A stretch of 64,000 bases of DNA from assembly GCA_964304625.1 (NCBI GenBank), contig OZ199839.1:4978837-5042836 (forward strand), in the 5' to 3' direction. This document shows positions 12,196-27,859 of this stretch, piece by piece. Numbering within the stretch: the stretch's first letter is position 1; every line of letters begins with the position of its first letter. The notes under the pieces were generated by a model, which was not told where the DNA came from, made no database searches, and was given only the letters and a program-made list of their open reading frames with translations. Both the position numbers and the translations under genes were made by a program. This DNA comes from Kudoa neothunni (lineage: Eukaryota > Animalia > Cnidaria).

Positions 12196-14194
12196 TTAAA
12201 CATTACATTAGAGGGATTTTATTTATTTGTTTTGTGTTAAACTAGCGTTTTTATGATTTTTTCCTAAAAGCTAAAATATTCAAGTAACTATTCTTACGGA
12301 GATATGTATATTTTTATTAATTCAGATGTTGAATAATTTGTGAAATCGTAGATGTATTACTCCATTAAGTATTTAATCCTTTAATATCTTTATATTGAAA
12401 ATTAGGAATGGATCCAAAAGATGATCATCATTTTACTCGACAAATTCTCGATACTTAAACTGTTTTTGAATGCTGTGTGGTTATTAGGTCTCCCAATTTG
12501 TACATCCTTATTTAAATTCTACAGCTTTGGCATATGTTTCGATTTTTAAAAGTAGGGATCCGTTATAATCACTGTACTATGTTAGGAAGGTAAAATTATC
12601 AAATTTCGATTCGAATTAGGAAAAAAGTTAATTTTACTGTGCGCATGACATACTTTAACTTAATGGGCTTATGTTTCTAATTTGATTTTAATATTTTTTT
12701 ATTTAGACTAGAGCGAAATTCACTCTTGATTTGAAATACGCAGTAAATATTTAAATAATTGATAAAATGACGGATTCCTTACCAAAGTTGTGGAGGGAAA
12801 AGGTTAATGTCTATTATTTTAGTTGGTAAGTTTTTCTCGTGATGGTAGCTTATAAAGCCTTTTTACGTAGTAGTTGTTTAAAAATTACGTACGAAGATTT
12901 AGGCGAAAATGTTGAGGTTATCGTATCAGAGTCTTGATGCTTCGACCAAGATTTTTAAGTCAATTAATGTTATCTCAATATCGATAGTATGTTTTAGTCA
13001 TTATTGACCAAAATTTACGGATAATCAAAAGCGCTACAAAAAATTTTTAATCTTTAAATTAAAACTTGTAATTGCTTAACTAGTCTTGAAAATTAAATAA
13101 AAATTTTATACTTTATATTAATGAAGAATAGAATAATTTTGTTTATTTTTCGTTACACACGTCGTTTATGAAAAACACGGTAGATTTATAAGAAACAAAA
13201 TAATATAAAATGCCAACTGTTTTATAACATAAAATGAAATTTTTCGAATTTAATAAATTAATTTTACTTCATTTATTGTAAAAAATTTAATTTTCTATTT
13301 GATATTTAGAATTATTATTGAATTATTGGTACGATAATTGATCAAACTTTTACGCAATAAAAACCCTAGATATTGGTATTGGCATTAACAACTCTCAGGG
13401 AGGTCGCGCGAATACTGAAATTATCAATATTAATACTATTTATTTTGTATTAGTATTTGAGAACATTACTTCTAATGATCAACTCGCGTCTTATCATGAT
13501 TAAATTTTATTTCATAATAAACCGATCAAAATATTCAGTTTTCAATGGAATAAGTTCCCTAAAAAGTTATATTTGGGATAAAATTACGTCTTTTATAGTT
13601 AAATAAATAATTTTTTCAACTCTATAAATTAACTAATTTTTATATTTTATTTAGTATTTATTTCCATAACGATATTTTTTCAGGAATTTCACGGCAACGG
13701 TTTTACGCATCGTTTTCATATTAAGTACAGAATCATTGGAATTTCGATGATTAACAAAAATTAATTGGTAATATTTTTTAAATATTAAATAAGGAGAATA
13801 AATAACGAAATCCCCTTTGTTAGATAATATTAGATAATAAATTTTTTTTAACTTAAATAATCAAGGTGATTTTTATTTTAGAGTTGAAAAAACAAACAAA
13901 ATTTGTTCTCATCCAAGTAGAAAATGTTAAGATGAATCATTTTCATAAAATAAAAATAATTAATTAATTTTTCACAGTATGTAGGTAAAATTATATAAAG
14001 TTGTATCTATTTTGCCGTACGCGCTTTTTCTCCTAAAATAAAAATACAATCGTTATCATTGTTTCCGACAAATATCTTTTATAAATGCACAATATAAATT
14101 TAGTAATTGTATAATTGAGAACCCCAGATCGGATAACTATTATTCAGATAATGAAATTGATATTTCCATCGAAAAAATATACGCGGTCACATTT

Positions 14195-14981
14195 AGGGAG
14201 GGAGAACAATGGGCTGAGCAACCAACACGCATTCGAAGACAAACTGCCGCAGAGAATATTTTCAAACATAAAACCTCCTTCAAAAATAATACATTAAAAA
14301 TTGCGATATTTCATTTTTTGGGTTCTTAAATTTTCTGGAAAATGAAATGTTGGATTTGATTTTGAATATATAAATAAAGAAAGAAATAAGGAACAAGTTA
14401 CAATAGCAAAGTTCAATTACGAAAGATGACTGAATGAAGTATATTGGTTGTTATTCACTTATAAGAACAATGAAGAGGAAGAATATAGATGTGTAAAATT
14501 ACTGATATTGGTTATCTGGAGTTGAGCGAATTTATACATAAGTATATAATTTTTAAAAATGACTACTAAATAATTTATTATTCGAATGGGAGCTAAATGT
14601 TGACAGGTCTTATGGTACAGTCGTGTAAATGGCCTTATTGCTAAAATCAATCTCATCATAAAAATCTTGATAATCTGGTTGTAACTAGGAGTTTAAAATA
14701 TTCTTCCATCACATATCAATTATGTATTATTTAAAACAGTTGTTTAGAAATTTTTCTATTCCCAAAAATAGCAAATCTCAAGTGAGTTACAATCTACGTC
14801 ACGTGTTCGAATAAGAGAGTAATTTCTGAATATTTTTTAAGCATATTTTAATAACATGAGTTTTTCTAGCATAACAAACGTTCCATTTTAAAAATACAAT
14901 GTCTATTGCTTAAATACTATTCAGAGTTATTAAAAAAATGGTGGAGGTCAAAATTACCCCCACCGTGGGTATGAGGGTTAA
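14195..14981 (+). mobile_element. piggyBac-like remnant (3' terminus plus transposase traces)
   Basis: Ends ...TGAGGG followed by TTAA (14978-14981); traces QWAEQPTRIRRQTAAENIF and, across a frameshift, ELNVDRS(M)V (cf. piggyBac LSVDESMV). Confidence 0.45.
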
Positions 14982-15629
14982 TGGGACTAATTTGCTGACT
15001 GTATAAATTAAGGAACCACCTTCCCATGGGTTTCAATTAGGAAATAAAGAAGCCATAAACAATTTTTTGATTCATTAATGAACGTAACCGAGAAATGATA
15101 CGCTTAAGTTCTCGTTTATTTGGGGACCAATCATCGAATGGGTCACTCTTCGGTTTAATAAGATGAATAAGAAGCCAGCGTAACATTGGATTTTTGATCA
15201 TCTCCACGTTGTAAAATGGAATAGATTTTGCAGGTTAATTGGTAGTTAGGCCAAAGAAATTTTTTTCAGAAATAAAATCTACTCATTCCAATGTATAACA
15301 ATAGATATTAGAAATAATAATTACACACCAAATATTTTGCCATATTTTATACAAACTAATTTGTCCGATTAGCCATTCGAAATAATTGACAAAATAGATT
15401 TAATTGAAAAACATCGAGTAGGTGTCAAAATATTCCATAAAAAATAAAATAAAATAATCTCTATCTTTTAACTTTACCAATTTCTCTAATACACAATTGA
15501 AACGTGGAACAAATTCCCGATGATCACTATTTGGGTTATTCATTTTTGCTGGATTACGGCAGAACGAGATATTTCGAAATTCAGCTAAGGAAATAATCTT
15601 TATTAGATTAGTTACCTACCTGAAAAGTT

Positions 15630-18600
15630 ATGCATAATTTTCATGTTCTTTGTTTCGGGGACGTGATATCACTCTTCGCCGAAGAAACTAAGAATTTCGG
15701 GTTTCTCAGCACTCTAGGGTACGTCATTTTTACTTGTTAACATTAGGTTATTTGATAATTGATATGCATCTAATTTGCTATGATTATTTTCATTTCGAAT
15801 TAAGCAGTTGTCCAGCATTATTTAAATGATATTTTCGATGGATAAAAATTTAATTTTTATTGGTTAGTCTTGTTGATGAAAGAGTGGTCGTGAATCCTAC
15901 GTTGGGTGACGTTATGAACCCACCTGTCAAATTTAGGGGTATAATTATAAATTATTACATTATTTTTTTGATTCTGTTTAAGATTGTCTCTACAAAATCA
16001 CTCCTATGCAAAGATATTCTTCTCAAAATCATTTTTGGAGTGCTAAAAAGAATAATATTGACCTAACCTCAAGTGTTCCTTTGCTTATCAAATTAGATGT
16101 AATATAACAAAAGGACCTCTTCCTAATATATATTTATTCGACATTTATTAGAAAGCGGCTGAAGTTGAGAAAAAGCAAAATGAGCTCGAAACCCAAAAAA
16201 TGCTTGGAAAAGAGGTCTACTATGGCAATATTATACAGGTAATACTTTTCTAGTTTTATTACTATCAATATAAATGACATCCTAGTTGTTACACATAAAA
16301 AGTAACAAATACATCACAGTCAGTACAAAAGCTCCTGCTGTTGAGGAAAAGAACGCAATGAAGGTTTATTTGGACAAAGAAGGAAAAGAAGTAGTTCTAA
16401 TTCAACCTGCTTAAAGTTAGAGTATTTGATCAACTGAATAGGGTTCGTGGTTTCAAATTATGCCCTTTTATAAGTTACGTTCAAATGGTGACAAGGTATT
16501 TTTGATATTAACAAACAACAATAAAAGTTGATAATACTGTTAGGTTATTGCTGGAGATAAAGTAGTACTACAACCAATGGGATACACCTACTCGCTTAAT
16601 GTGTCAAGTATGACTCTCCACGATTATCCTGATAATCATGAAGTCAATTCCTCTGCGTCGCATAATTGCTGGAAAATATTCTTGTTTTTGCCCTCTACAG
16701 AAAATCAAAACAGTATCCTCAAAGGGGTAATATCTCATGCAGAGAGTTTAATCATTGGAAACAATCATAAATGGGATTTAAACTAATAATAGGGAGATGT
16801 GATTCGTCTTTTCCATTCTGAGCTGGAAAAATTTCTCACCTTGGACGAATACAAAAATAATAATTACGTCTTTCTAAGGACAACAGCCAGAGCAGAAGCC
16901 GCTTCAGCCACCAGTTCGAAGGCTCTGTGGGAAGTTGAAGTAAACATTAACGTGATTTCAAATATAATAACTTTGTAGGTTGTTAACAATAAATTATGTC
17001 TAAGCAGTGGAGGTAGATGGACCTCATATTTTCGGTTCAAACATTTGGCCACTGGATACTATCTGTGCACTGTGGTAAGATTAAATAACACATAACGCAT
17101 TTAAAATTTCATTCTAATAGGAATGTGACTCTGAAGACGATGATCCAAATAAGAAATCGAAAGAAGAAAAGGACGATTACCCAAAAGACCTGCAATCTGA
17201 GAAATGCTCAACCAAATATTATTTGGGTTTAAGCGAAAGTTTTTTGGATCCGGGAACGGTTTTTGAGCTAATTCCAACGTCCACACAAAATATTGACGAA
17301 TACATCCCAAAGTAAACTTTTAAACACGATTAAACCAATGGTTCACATTGATAATTCAATTAGGTCGGCTTATGCCCGTATAATGAATGTTGCTACACAA
17401 ACATGGCTGATGTCAACAAACATTCCCATTGATGCAGGAGAAAAGAAACCTGTTATGCACAAAGTATTAACTGTTATACTTTAAAAATTTTCAACTCTAA
17501 AACTGAAATTTTTATGTGTAGGTGTTGTGTTCACCATCATTCGAAGATCAAGAAGCATTCGCATTGCTTCCTGTGGAATCAGAAGAAGTTAGAGATCTCG
17601 ACTTTGCTGATGATGCTATGAAAACTCTCACCACCATAACCAATAGCATTATTATGGGAAATTTCGCTGTGACGCTCAAAAAGTTTGATATAATGTGTCT
17701 CTATTGTATTCATTTACATTATTTAGAATCACTAATGATATTTTGTATGATTTAAATATTTTTCTTATTCGCAAGGAGAACACCAATAATAAGCCCTCTG
17801 AACAAGAAATACCTCAGTTTAAAGTTGACAGAGACAGACAAAAACTCTTGAGAGAGCAGTACATTCTAGAGAAGGTACTGTACTAGTCTCCTCTTATGTT
17901 TTAAAGCGTTTTGATCAGGTGTTTATGCTTTTGGATTTGCCGTTTCGAGAAGAATACGAGGGTGCTAATATAAAGCAACTTGTAACTGCTGAAAGCATAT
18001 TCGAAAATAAAAATCAGCAGATAAGAAAAATTCTACGATTATGTCACCTGCTTCTTAGAACGTCCAGCAGAAGTTATCGTAAAAATCAGGTAATTCCAAA
18101 CTAAACTCTTCCACATAGTATTTTTGCTATGCATTTAATTTTAGGAATATGTTGCTGAAAAATTCCTGTTTTTCCAGTCACAGATTGGGTTAGATATTTC
18201 AGCCGAAGAAACAATTACGGATTTGGTGCATAATAACAAAAATCTGTTGGAAAAGCATATTTCTGAGAAAGAAGTGTCCACTTTTGTCGCTCTAATAATG
18301 AAAAAGAGGGATTGTCGTTATTTGGACAACTTGGCCGATCTCTGTGTCTCCAACGATATGGCTGTTCAAGCCACTCAAGAGTTGATTTCGAAAATTCTTC
18401 TCAAGGAAGAAAATTCTTACATTCTTATCAACACAAAGTGAGCTTACTTCACACCTAGATTATAATCTAATTGACGTATAAACTTTTCTAATCATAAATA
18501 GATCAATCAATGACACCGTAGTTTTGTATTGGAACAACGATAAAAGAAGCAAAACATTGGCTCAGGTAGTGAACGGTTTTAACAACAGCAAAAGCGAAGA

Positions 18601-21600
18601 TATTCCAGTTTATAACTTTTATGAGAAACAACTACGTCTGTTTACCGCTATGACATTCAATCGACAATATTTGGCGATTGACAAATTGAACAAGAGTCTA
18701 AATGCTGAACTTGTGCTCAAGTATATTCCTATAGCGATATACTTGATTTTATATTATCGTGAAACTTTAGATGTTTATCGGATATTCTCCTTCCTTTCAC
18801 ATTACGTAGTGTCTTTTGCAATCTTATGTTAACGTTGCATATTGATCGAGACCCTCACGAACCAATCCTTGCTTTACGTTACTCAAGGTTGTGGTCACAG
18901 ATCGACGAGTTCAGCGAGAATAATTCATAGTGATCAACGATAAATTTTTCAAAGCATTTAATTACTGTCTAGTAATTCTAATTGTGGAGTCAACATAAAA
19001 CAACGAGTGATTTTCAGCCAGCTTATCGATTATACCATCAACCACTTGGAATCGGTGGTTAGAATACCCGTATCCAATCAAACAAATGTAGAAAATCAAT
19101 TCACATATGAAGTAAATATATTATTCTCTTGAAAGTAATATAGTTTTATTGCAAAGGTAATCAATCTGGTTTTGCATTTGGTGAAATTTGGATTCTTCAA
19201 TTACAAAGAACTCCTCAAAATCACTAGAATGTTGCTTAACATTCTTGACTCTGATACGTGTGAATCAAACGTATGATTTTTCCTTCATAAATAAGACTAA
19301 CTTAGGTTTTATAAATCTAGGAGATTATTATTCTCAAGTTGAAAAAGAAAATATTAGACATCGTAGATTTTGTAATGTCTGTCTATATGGACTCCGAAGT
19401 GACAACATTGTTATCTATCTACAAATTAGAGTATAAGAAATCGGTGGCGTATAATCGCGGTATTTACGTGACAAAAAAACTATAAAAAATATTAAAATAA
19501 CCTTAAGAAATGAAAAAAAGCAATATATACAACACTATTGGAAAGGCGATATTAGAAAATCAAAGGTATTACTCAGTTAGGAACTTAGTTGTAATACAAA
19601 ACTGTTTACTTGCAACTGCACTGGATAATAGACTAAATATACTTTATTTTATATCTTTGTAGCTTGGTAAATTAAATTAATCGATACAAAATATATTAAT
19701 AATTGTTCGATTTTATCTATATTTCTTAAACAGTCAGAAATGACAAACAATTATACGGTTTTTTATAGTTTGGGAAAAAGTAACTTGGATTCAGTTGGAG
19801 GTAAAATGATAGTGAGAGTGCTGATCAAACTCATAATGCAAAATCATGAGCCTCTTGTGTTTCGAGCGCTTCAGCTGTTGTTCAGACATTTTTCACAATG
19901 GAAGGAACTTTCAATGATTGTCAGTCAGGTTCAGTTGCTGGTTTCGGACGATGACATTAAAAACTACTCAAAAATACAACAAGATTTGGACTATCTTCAT
20001 TTGTTGATAGAGAAAAGTGAGTTGTGGATTCCATGCTCCACAATGAAAAAAGGAAATCTCACACGAAGTACCAATATTGGGGTGAAATCGTTGGCCGAAG
20101 GACAGGGTCAACTAAAGTGTTCTCGATCCAACTCTATAGATATTCAACAAAATGTAGTTATTATTTTCTATAAAAATCCTAATTTAATTTTTTCAGTTCT
20201 CCAGCCTATCAGCCGAAAGAGTAAGAAATTGTTCGGTTTGTACTGTCGTCTTATTGATGATTTTCTAAGGAAATGGTACGAAACTTTTTGTCCGGCCATA
20301 GCAAGTCAAAACCATCCGATGAAAATATGGATCTCTTTTGCAACACTATTTCGGAAGTATTACATTTGTTGTTGAATTTTTCAGATAATTGTTTAGATCT
20401 TGAACAACTTTATAATGATGTGCAGTACTGATCTTACTGCTAATGATAGAAAACATGGTCAGTCCTTGTTAAGAAACATGGGTGTTCATGGAACAGTCCT
20501 TAGTTTGCTTGAAATTCCCTTTAAGAACGTCAGTGTAATGAGTTTTCTCATTAATTAGCACAAAGCATATATTTTTTATTTAGAATGATTCCATACTATA
20601 CAATATAGTTGGAAAAGCTCATAACCTTTTACAATTGTTTTGTTATAAAAATACTAACAATCAAAATCTCTTATTCCCTAAACTGTCCGCCTTCACAGAA
20701 AAATACAATGTATTTGTTTATATGTTTGTCGGGGTCTATCGACGAGTTATAAACTCTCTTGTTAGGACGTTGAAGTTCAAACAGCTAACGCAATTTTACA
20801 AGACAACTGTGAAATCTGTCATAAGGTGGACAGTTCTGTAGTGGAGAACATTTGTCGAGGTTTACAGAAAGGCTCTATCCCTTGTGTGCAACTACTCAAA
20901 CAGTTTGTCTATAATAATGGGAGAATATTTAGACGAATGCAAGATATTGTGGTTTCTAACGTAGAACTAAATAATTTATCCATGTCGTTAAAAAATATTT
21001 AAATTATTTCTTTTAATAGGTTCTAAGTAAGGGTAGAGAAATATTGTTCCCGCCCGAATTTGATGGCTTCGCTGGTGCTTCTCTTGTTGAGTGTCTTTCC
21101 GATAAGGACCACAACTTGTCAACCTATGTGGTCGATTTCCATTTGGAAGTTATTTCATTACTGACCTACTGCACCTACGGAAAGAATGTGTATGCCGAAA
21201 TTCGTTGTCAAAGCATAATATCATTTAACGACGCCCTCGACATTATCACTGAGAAAGGAATCAATAGAAAGGTGATCAAAATTTACACATATTCAACTAT
21301 CTAATAAACATATAAGATTTGTAATGCATACCTCAACCTTCTGTTCCATGCCTTTATCGATGCCGAGATTGAACTAAAAGAAATTCATGGCGGAAGCCAT
21401 ATATGGGTGGTTTTTGATCTCTTCGTTAGAGATATCAACAATATCGCTCAACAAGATAAAAAAATACAAAATTCGCCCCCAATTTTAGACTACACATTAA
21501 GTATCATACCACAATATATCGAATATTATTTCACTCTCAACAATCAAAATGTACCCCAAACAGCGAAAGTATCTTGGCTTGTTGTGATTGATGATTTCGA

Positions 21601-24600
21601 TACGAATATAGAACAAACAATCCATGTTTATCGAGTTGATAAAGGCACTGTTCAAATTGTCTCAGTGTACCTTTATTATTTTGAAAGGAATCGCGACCAT
21701 AAAACGACCACTAAAACGACTCACCTCCGCAGGTTATTTTAAATTTATTGGTAATTTTAAAACGGCAGCGATTGTTTTATAGCAAAAATGTGGGGTATAC
21801 CATTACCTAGTAAACTAGAAAGTGAAATCGATCAAATGATCAACTATGAGCACATTGCAAAAAAAACTTCCTTAGCGTGGATGTCCAAACTGAAAAACTC
21901 TCATTTAAGAAGTCTGAGTGGTGCATCGGGAGTGGAAATCAATAAAGAATCCCAAAAAGATATCTCTGTTGTGGACACATTTACAGTTGAGTTGATAGTT
22001 GCACCAACTATACTCTAAAAATCATTTAGGAAGTGATAAAATCACTTAAAGAAGATTTTGGTATTCTGATAACGGCTGAGCACTCTTTATTGGTTGACAT
22101 TTTTCACATCCCAAAAGAGCTCATTAACTCCAACTTTGAGGCAAAAAATTTCATAAAAACGTAACCATTTGTCGCCTTTTTTAATTTCCTGTTGATCCAT
22201 ATTACATTGTCTTATTAGAATGATCACACATGGAAATCAACTAGTTAAACATGATCCTGATCTTTGTGCAAAACTTTTAGAGGTTCTGAAAATGATGGTC
22301 ACTCCTATTAAACTATCACATGAGGTATAATGGCCAGTTAGATTCCTTCTTGGTTCTAAATCTAAACAGTCTGCCTTTATTTTACGAATTGACTTTGTTT
22401 GCTAAGAAGTTTCACAATTTCAAAAACAGGGATCATTTTCACTTCAATATCAACTAATAATGGTTATAGTGTTTGGCGGTGAGAAATAAAATGATGCTAA
22501 GATACGTTCCTTCCGAAACGGCCAGACTGATGAGGCAAATCAGTAGGAGTCCTTTAAAAGGCTATAGTGTGGCGTCGAATATTCGGCGTAATAATCCACT
22601 TTAAATAGTATTACTTTATGAATTATTATATTTAGATGGAATACAAAGTTTGATCGATTATTTGGAAAATATTGGTGAAAAGCCCACCCCTGAAGACACC
22701 ATGTCAAACAGAACCGATAAATCAGACGACGATCCAACAGCCGACCATGAAAAACAACCTATTAACGAGGAATTAGATAGAGCTAAAGAAATGAGAAATC
22801 TATTGAATAAAGAAGGAGCTCCCAAGCTGATTATGAATTTCATCACTAGCACCACCGATAATAAGATTTTCGAGTTAACTATCGATTTTGCTGTTGGTCT
22901 TTTAGAAGGCGGAAACGTGGCTGTTCAAGTATTTTAACCACATGAAATTTTGCCATTTAAAATTATCCAATGTGATTTAGAATAGCTTCTTCTCTCTTTT
23001 CAAAAAGAAAGATGCAGAAGAGTTTTTTAAAAAGACCTACGACCGTCTGATGGCAGCCCAATCCATGATCAAGTCATGTATCAGTGAAATCACATCTCAA
23101 AACAATAGGATCAACACCAACATTGACACTTCTACTAAAGCATACAAAGAATTTGATAGGATCTCTTTAGCTAATGGTATTACTTTGATTTTGCCGTTGA
23201 TATATTCCGAATTAACCAACTCATGCACATTCAATCTAATACTAGTACATTGCTAGCCAACTCCTTATCCTAACATGATGTGAAAAGGAATCACAGAGTT
23301 AAAAATTGCCCTAATTTTTTATTTTAATCAAGTTGTTAATAGCTATTACGTTTTATTAAAAAATTAATTAAAATTTTACCCCGATGAACCTTCACAAATT
23401 AATTAAACTAATCCCCTCGTTATCCTCCTAAATTTTTAAATTGAATATAGTATCACGTTTATGTTTAAAAAATATAAAAGTTAACCAGAATAGTGTTTTA
23501 TAATCTTAATATATTATTTATTTATCGTATAAAAATAATTTTATGCAGAAAATAAATATATATGTCTATTTTAATTTTCGATATTATTTTATTCTCGAAA
23601 TATCTCGTAATCTATGCTTGCTTCGTTGCCCATTTAGGAATTTTGAGCCGTTATACAGTTATTTAACACCTTATTGAACATTTTATTACCTTTAAAATTC
23701 AATATTCTTAATTTATAGGGTATAATAGATAAAAAATTAACAACTCGTTTCATAAATTTTTGCTAACTTTACATTTTCCGCATAATACGTACAAATTTAA
23801 ACAAGTAAATTAATGAAATTAATTATTGGACGTTTTTAATGTTACAGGTAAATATAATTATCACAATTTTTTTGACAAGTCCAAACCTTGGAATAACTGA
23901 TTTGGTTGTTGTAATATGGTTGGTTAGGTCATCTCCCCTTTCATTAACATTTTACGCACTGTAGGACGATTAAAATCTATCTCTGTTTCTTTTTTATCCT
24001 TCTGCGTTAGTATGGGAGTTTGACCAACTGAACATCCTCGTTTCTAGACAAAAACCACCCCAAACCCTCTATCCGTGAGAATTCTGATTCTACAGAGATT
24101 TTATGATCGTTAATGCATTCTAGCGCTTTTTGCGTTTAATTTAACCCTCTCTATTGCATTCAACTATAACTACAGGTGAAATTACACATTATATTGCAGT
24201 CGCAATTTAAAATCGAATCCAATTACGGGATACACCCACTCATATGCAAACAGTGGACTAATTTTTAATTGAGTTTGGATAATATACATTCAGATATTAA
24301 ATCCAGCCATCATAACGCTGAATCTTCTGTCCTCTGAACATAATCAAATGTAGACGCACGCTTGCGCGATTAGATTACTTTATCGTGTCGACTTTTATTT
24401 TATGTTAAATAGATCATTAATTTCTTGAAACCTTCTATATACGATTACTTTTTTCGCCATAAGTTATAAACATTAGAAGAGGATATTTGTAGAGGTGAAA
24501 AGTAAAAAAATTAATTTGAATTTTATTTTTCTTTTGAAAGTTTTTTAACATTATTAAAAATTATTTTGATTGTGTAACTATTTAAAAAAATAAAATAATC

Positions 24601-27600
24601 CCAGACATTAAATAAACTCTCACATTCAGGGGGTATTGATAAGGAGTGCTTCAATAACAGTAATACACTCTAAATGATTTTTCAACATAAAACAAAACTA
24701 ATTTTTATTAAAATAAAATATTTTAACATATTTTGATGGAAAATGGAGTTTAATTGCGTATTAAAAATTAAAATATAGCTACAAAAATGACCAACCTTGC
24801 AGCAACAAGCAAAAAATGTTCTGACGTGGTGGAATTACAACGCTTGTCTGCCAACAGTGTGGCAGCAAGAGAGAAATTTGCTAAAAAGCACCCTTCGAAC
24901 GAAATGGCGATCACACATAATGATTTCGATGATGTGCTGGAAAGTGAAGACGAAGGAAACGATTTCACAAGCACTCCCGAGTACATGGTGAATTTGGAGA
25001 AGATATTATTATTTCTTCAACTGTTGTGTGAGAACCACAATCCTGACCTTCAAAATTTCCTACGAGAACAGTTCACCTTGAAAACCAACTACAATCTTGT
25101 TGATGTTACTCTGGATATTTTGGATTTGCTTTGTGGAGGGACCACCGGTGGTTTGGGGCTTATTGGTTTGTACGTCAATCAGATTAACGCCAAATTGGTT
25201 AAACAATGTATCAATACCTTGATAGAATTTTGCCAAGGTCCTTGTCACGAAAATCAAGTAATTTATCTACATTTGTGTTGTGACGTTGGAGTTGAATGAT
25301 AAAATTAACCATGAAAGAACGAAATAGCAAGCAAGGAGTCCAACGGATTGGATGTGATTGTGGCGTTGATTTTGAATGAAATCTCCCCGTTATCCGAAAC
25401 CAACAGTGAAATTGTGCTGGATTTGAAAGTATGGACTAATTCGATCATTAAACCTCAATATCAATCGATTATAGGTTGGAGCCTCTAAATTGCTGTTGGC
25501 CATTATTGAAAGTAGAGATGATGGCATGATGGCTGAAAGTATACTGAGGCACATTTCCCCTGTCCAGTTGGTAAGGTGGACCACAGACTATTGCAACTCT
25601 ACAAAATCCGTTATTTAGTTTGATATTATTTCGCAATCGTACAGATTAAGTTTCGAGCACAATACTAACCCAACTGAAAAATGTCTACGAGAGGAATTCG
25701 CGCATAACATTTTTATTCTCACTTACCAAGTAATTTAGAGCTTTTTAAAAATAATAAATACCGAGATATTTGTAGCTGTCCAATCATGACAATACATTGG
25801 CTCAATACCTCAAGTTGGCATCAGGAAATTCCCAATGGAAACCGGCTATCATGTACTACCTAAATATCACATCCCAAATTGAGGTTGACTAAATATTGCT
25901 TGTTATTTTGTTGACTATCGTAAAAAAATAGGTGGTAAGAGATGATTTATCTTTGGAAAGAATCATATTCCCTATCCCTCCAATATGTAAGTACCTGCAT
26001 GAAGACTATAAATCTTCGACCGTTGAGGACACCTCACTTGACGAACACAACAGCATGGTATGTGGTCTTGTTTACTTATGAAATTAATGTTCTTATTTAA
26101 AATAAAGGTGACAGAGTTTTCAAAAAAAACCGACATGGTGTATGAGAGTCTGTTATTGAGAAAATCTCTCGATGGTAAAAAATTTTGAAAATGTTATCTT
26201 CGATGAAAAAGGAATTACTTGATTAATTTAGAAAATCGTTATCTATCATGGATCACTTCGAGGTCTGATATATGGGTGATGTTGTGTATCCAGTTCACTC
26301 TTGTACTGAACATGATCATTGCTCTGTGTTACCCCTTTGGCGACAATGACGATGAAACGCGTATGTTTATTTAATCGATCACCGTTTTTATATTATTCTA
26401 TCCTCGTAATATAGGTCTACCTTTGTTTATGGATATACTGTTGTGGATAGCAACATTCGGATCGATATTTAAAGTTATGTATAACCAATCGAATAGTATA
26501 CGATTCATCGTGCCTATAATTTCGCTACGACTTATCTATACAATAAAAATAAAAATTACAATGAGTTGTCTTCATGTGATCAATGTAAGAATATATGCCC
26601 GCTAGATTAACTCTTAGTTTAATAATTGTTTTACATAGTTGACATGTCGAATGCTGGACCTGTATTGTTACACGTTAACAACTGGAAAACTATCTACTTC
26701 CAAATTTCACCAGCTCATCTTTGACAAACGGTTTTCGATCAATCTCATCAATCTTATTGTGAGCATTTTGGGCACGTTCTACAGTGAACTGTTTTACGCG
26801 GTTCTACTTATTGATTTCATCTCAAGAATCGACACTCTACAGAATGTTATTAGAAGTGTCACTAGAAATTATAATTCTATTCTGCTCACTGGATTTTTGT
26901 CAATCATTCTAATTTACTTTTTCTCCATATTGGGTTACACCTACTTTAGAGAATCGTTCAGTGCTGAAGGTACTATTCATCTGTATAATGTCACGACTGG
27001 AGAGTACGAAATGAAAGAAATAGAAGAAAACACCTGCCAAAATTTGTACATGTGTCTTATAACTGTGCTCAATAATGGTCTGAGAAATGGAGGTGGAATC
27101 GGTGATTATATGAAACCACCTTCATTAGAGGTAAGCTCATCAACTACACAAACCAAAATCACCCTCATCTCATTTAGAGTCCACATTACACTGCTAGAGT
27201 TATATATGATCTTGCATTTTTTATGATTATTATTGTTATTACTCTCAACTTGATTTTTGGTGTGATCATTGACACCTTTGCCAACTTGAGAGAAGAAAAA
27301 CACGAACGGGAAGAAATCATGAAAAACAACTGTTTGGTGTGTTCTCTCAATAGATCGTCTTTCGAGAACAAAAAGTTAACCTTTGAAGCTCACATCAAAA
27401 AAGAACACAATATTTGGAATTATTTCTATTTTATTGTGCTCCTTAAAGTTAAAGATCCCACTGATTTTACAGGCCCTGAAAGCTATGTGAACAATATGGT
27501 TAAAGTAACTCGCTTTACTCTCCCTACTCAACATTATAATTCTGTTATTATTGTTTTCATAGAAAAAATCAGTGGACTGGTTCCCGAGGTTGCGCTGTTT

Positions 27601-27859
27601 AAGTCTTGCTTCCGAAGTAAATGACGATGAACAGTCAGAAACCAGACTTCTTAGAACCATGCTCGCAACTACCACAGAGAAAGTTGAAAAATTGTCCATT
27701 CAGTTATCTGACCTCAAACAAAAGGTGACTCGACGATAAATCGTCATATTTTTTTGTTTTAATCGTCCCGTTTTGAATACAACATGTAACCCACTAATAT
27801 AGGTGATCGAGTATCGTCGAAAAAGGAGAGATGAACACAATCTGGGCAATAATCGTTGA
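15630..27859 (+). CDS. ITPR: Inositol 1,4,5-trisphosphate receptor, many exons
   Basis: Starts [19 protein letters not shown]...GFLSTLG; IP3-binding motifs [24 protein letters not shown]; RIH-associated [28 protein letters not shown]; pore [10 protein letters not shown]; [13 protein letters not shown]; EHNIWNY...FTGPESYV; stop 27857-27859. Confidence 0.97.
23900..24330 (-). mobile_element. Possible decayed pogo-type transposase N-terminus inside the 1.6-kb ITPR intron (23177-24778)
   Basis: Stop-riddled peptides [17 protein letters not shown] and [11 protein letters not shown] resemble Brinker/CENP-B-type HTH segments; this intron is about 30 times the local norm. Confidence 0.25.

Noticed and set aside
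24141-24160. TTAACCC as a piggyBac 5' end
   Set aside because: No matching inverted end found nearby
15630-27859. Fragmented ORFs read as pseudogenes, frameshifting or stop-codon reassignment
   Set aside because: At every break I examined, a short GT-AG intron restores the homologous frame under the standard code
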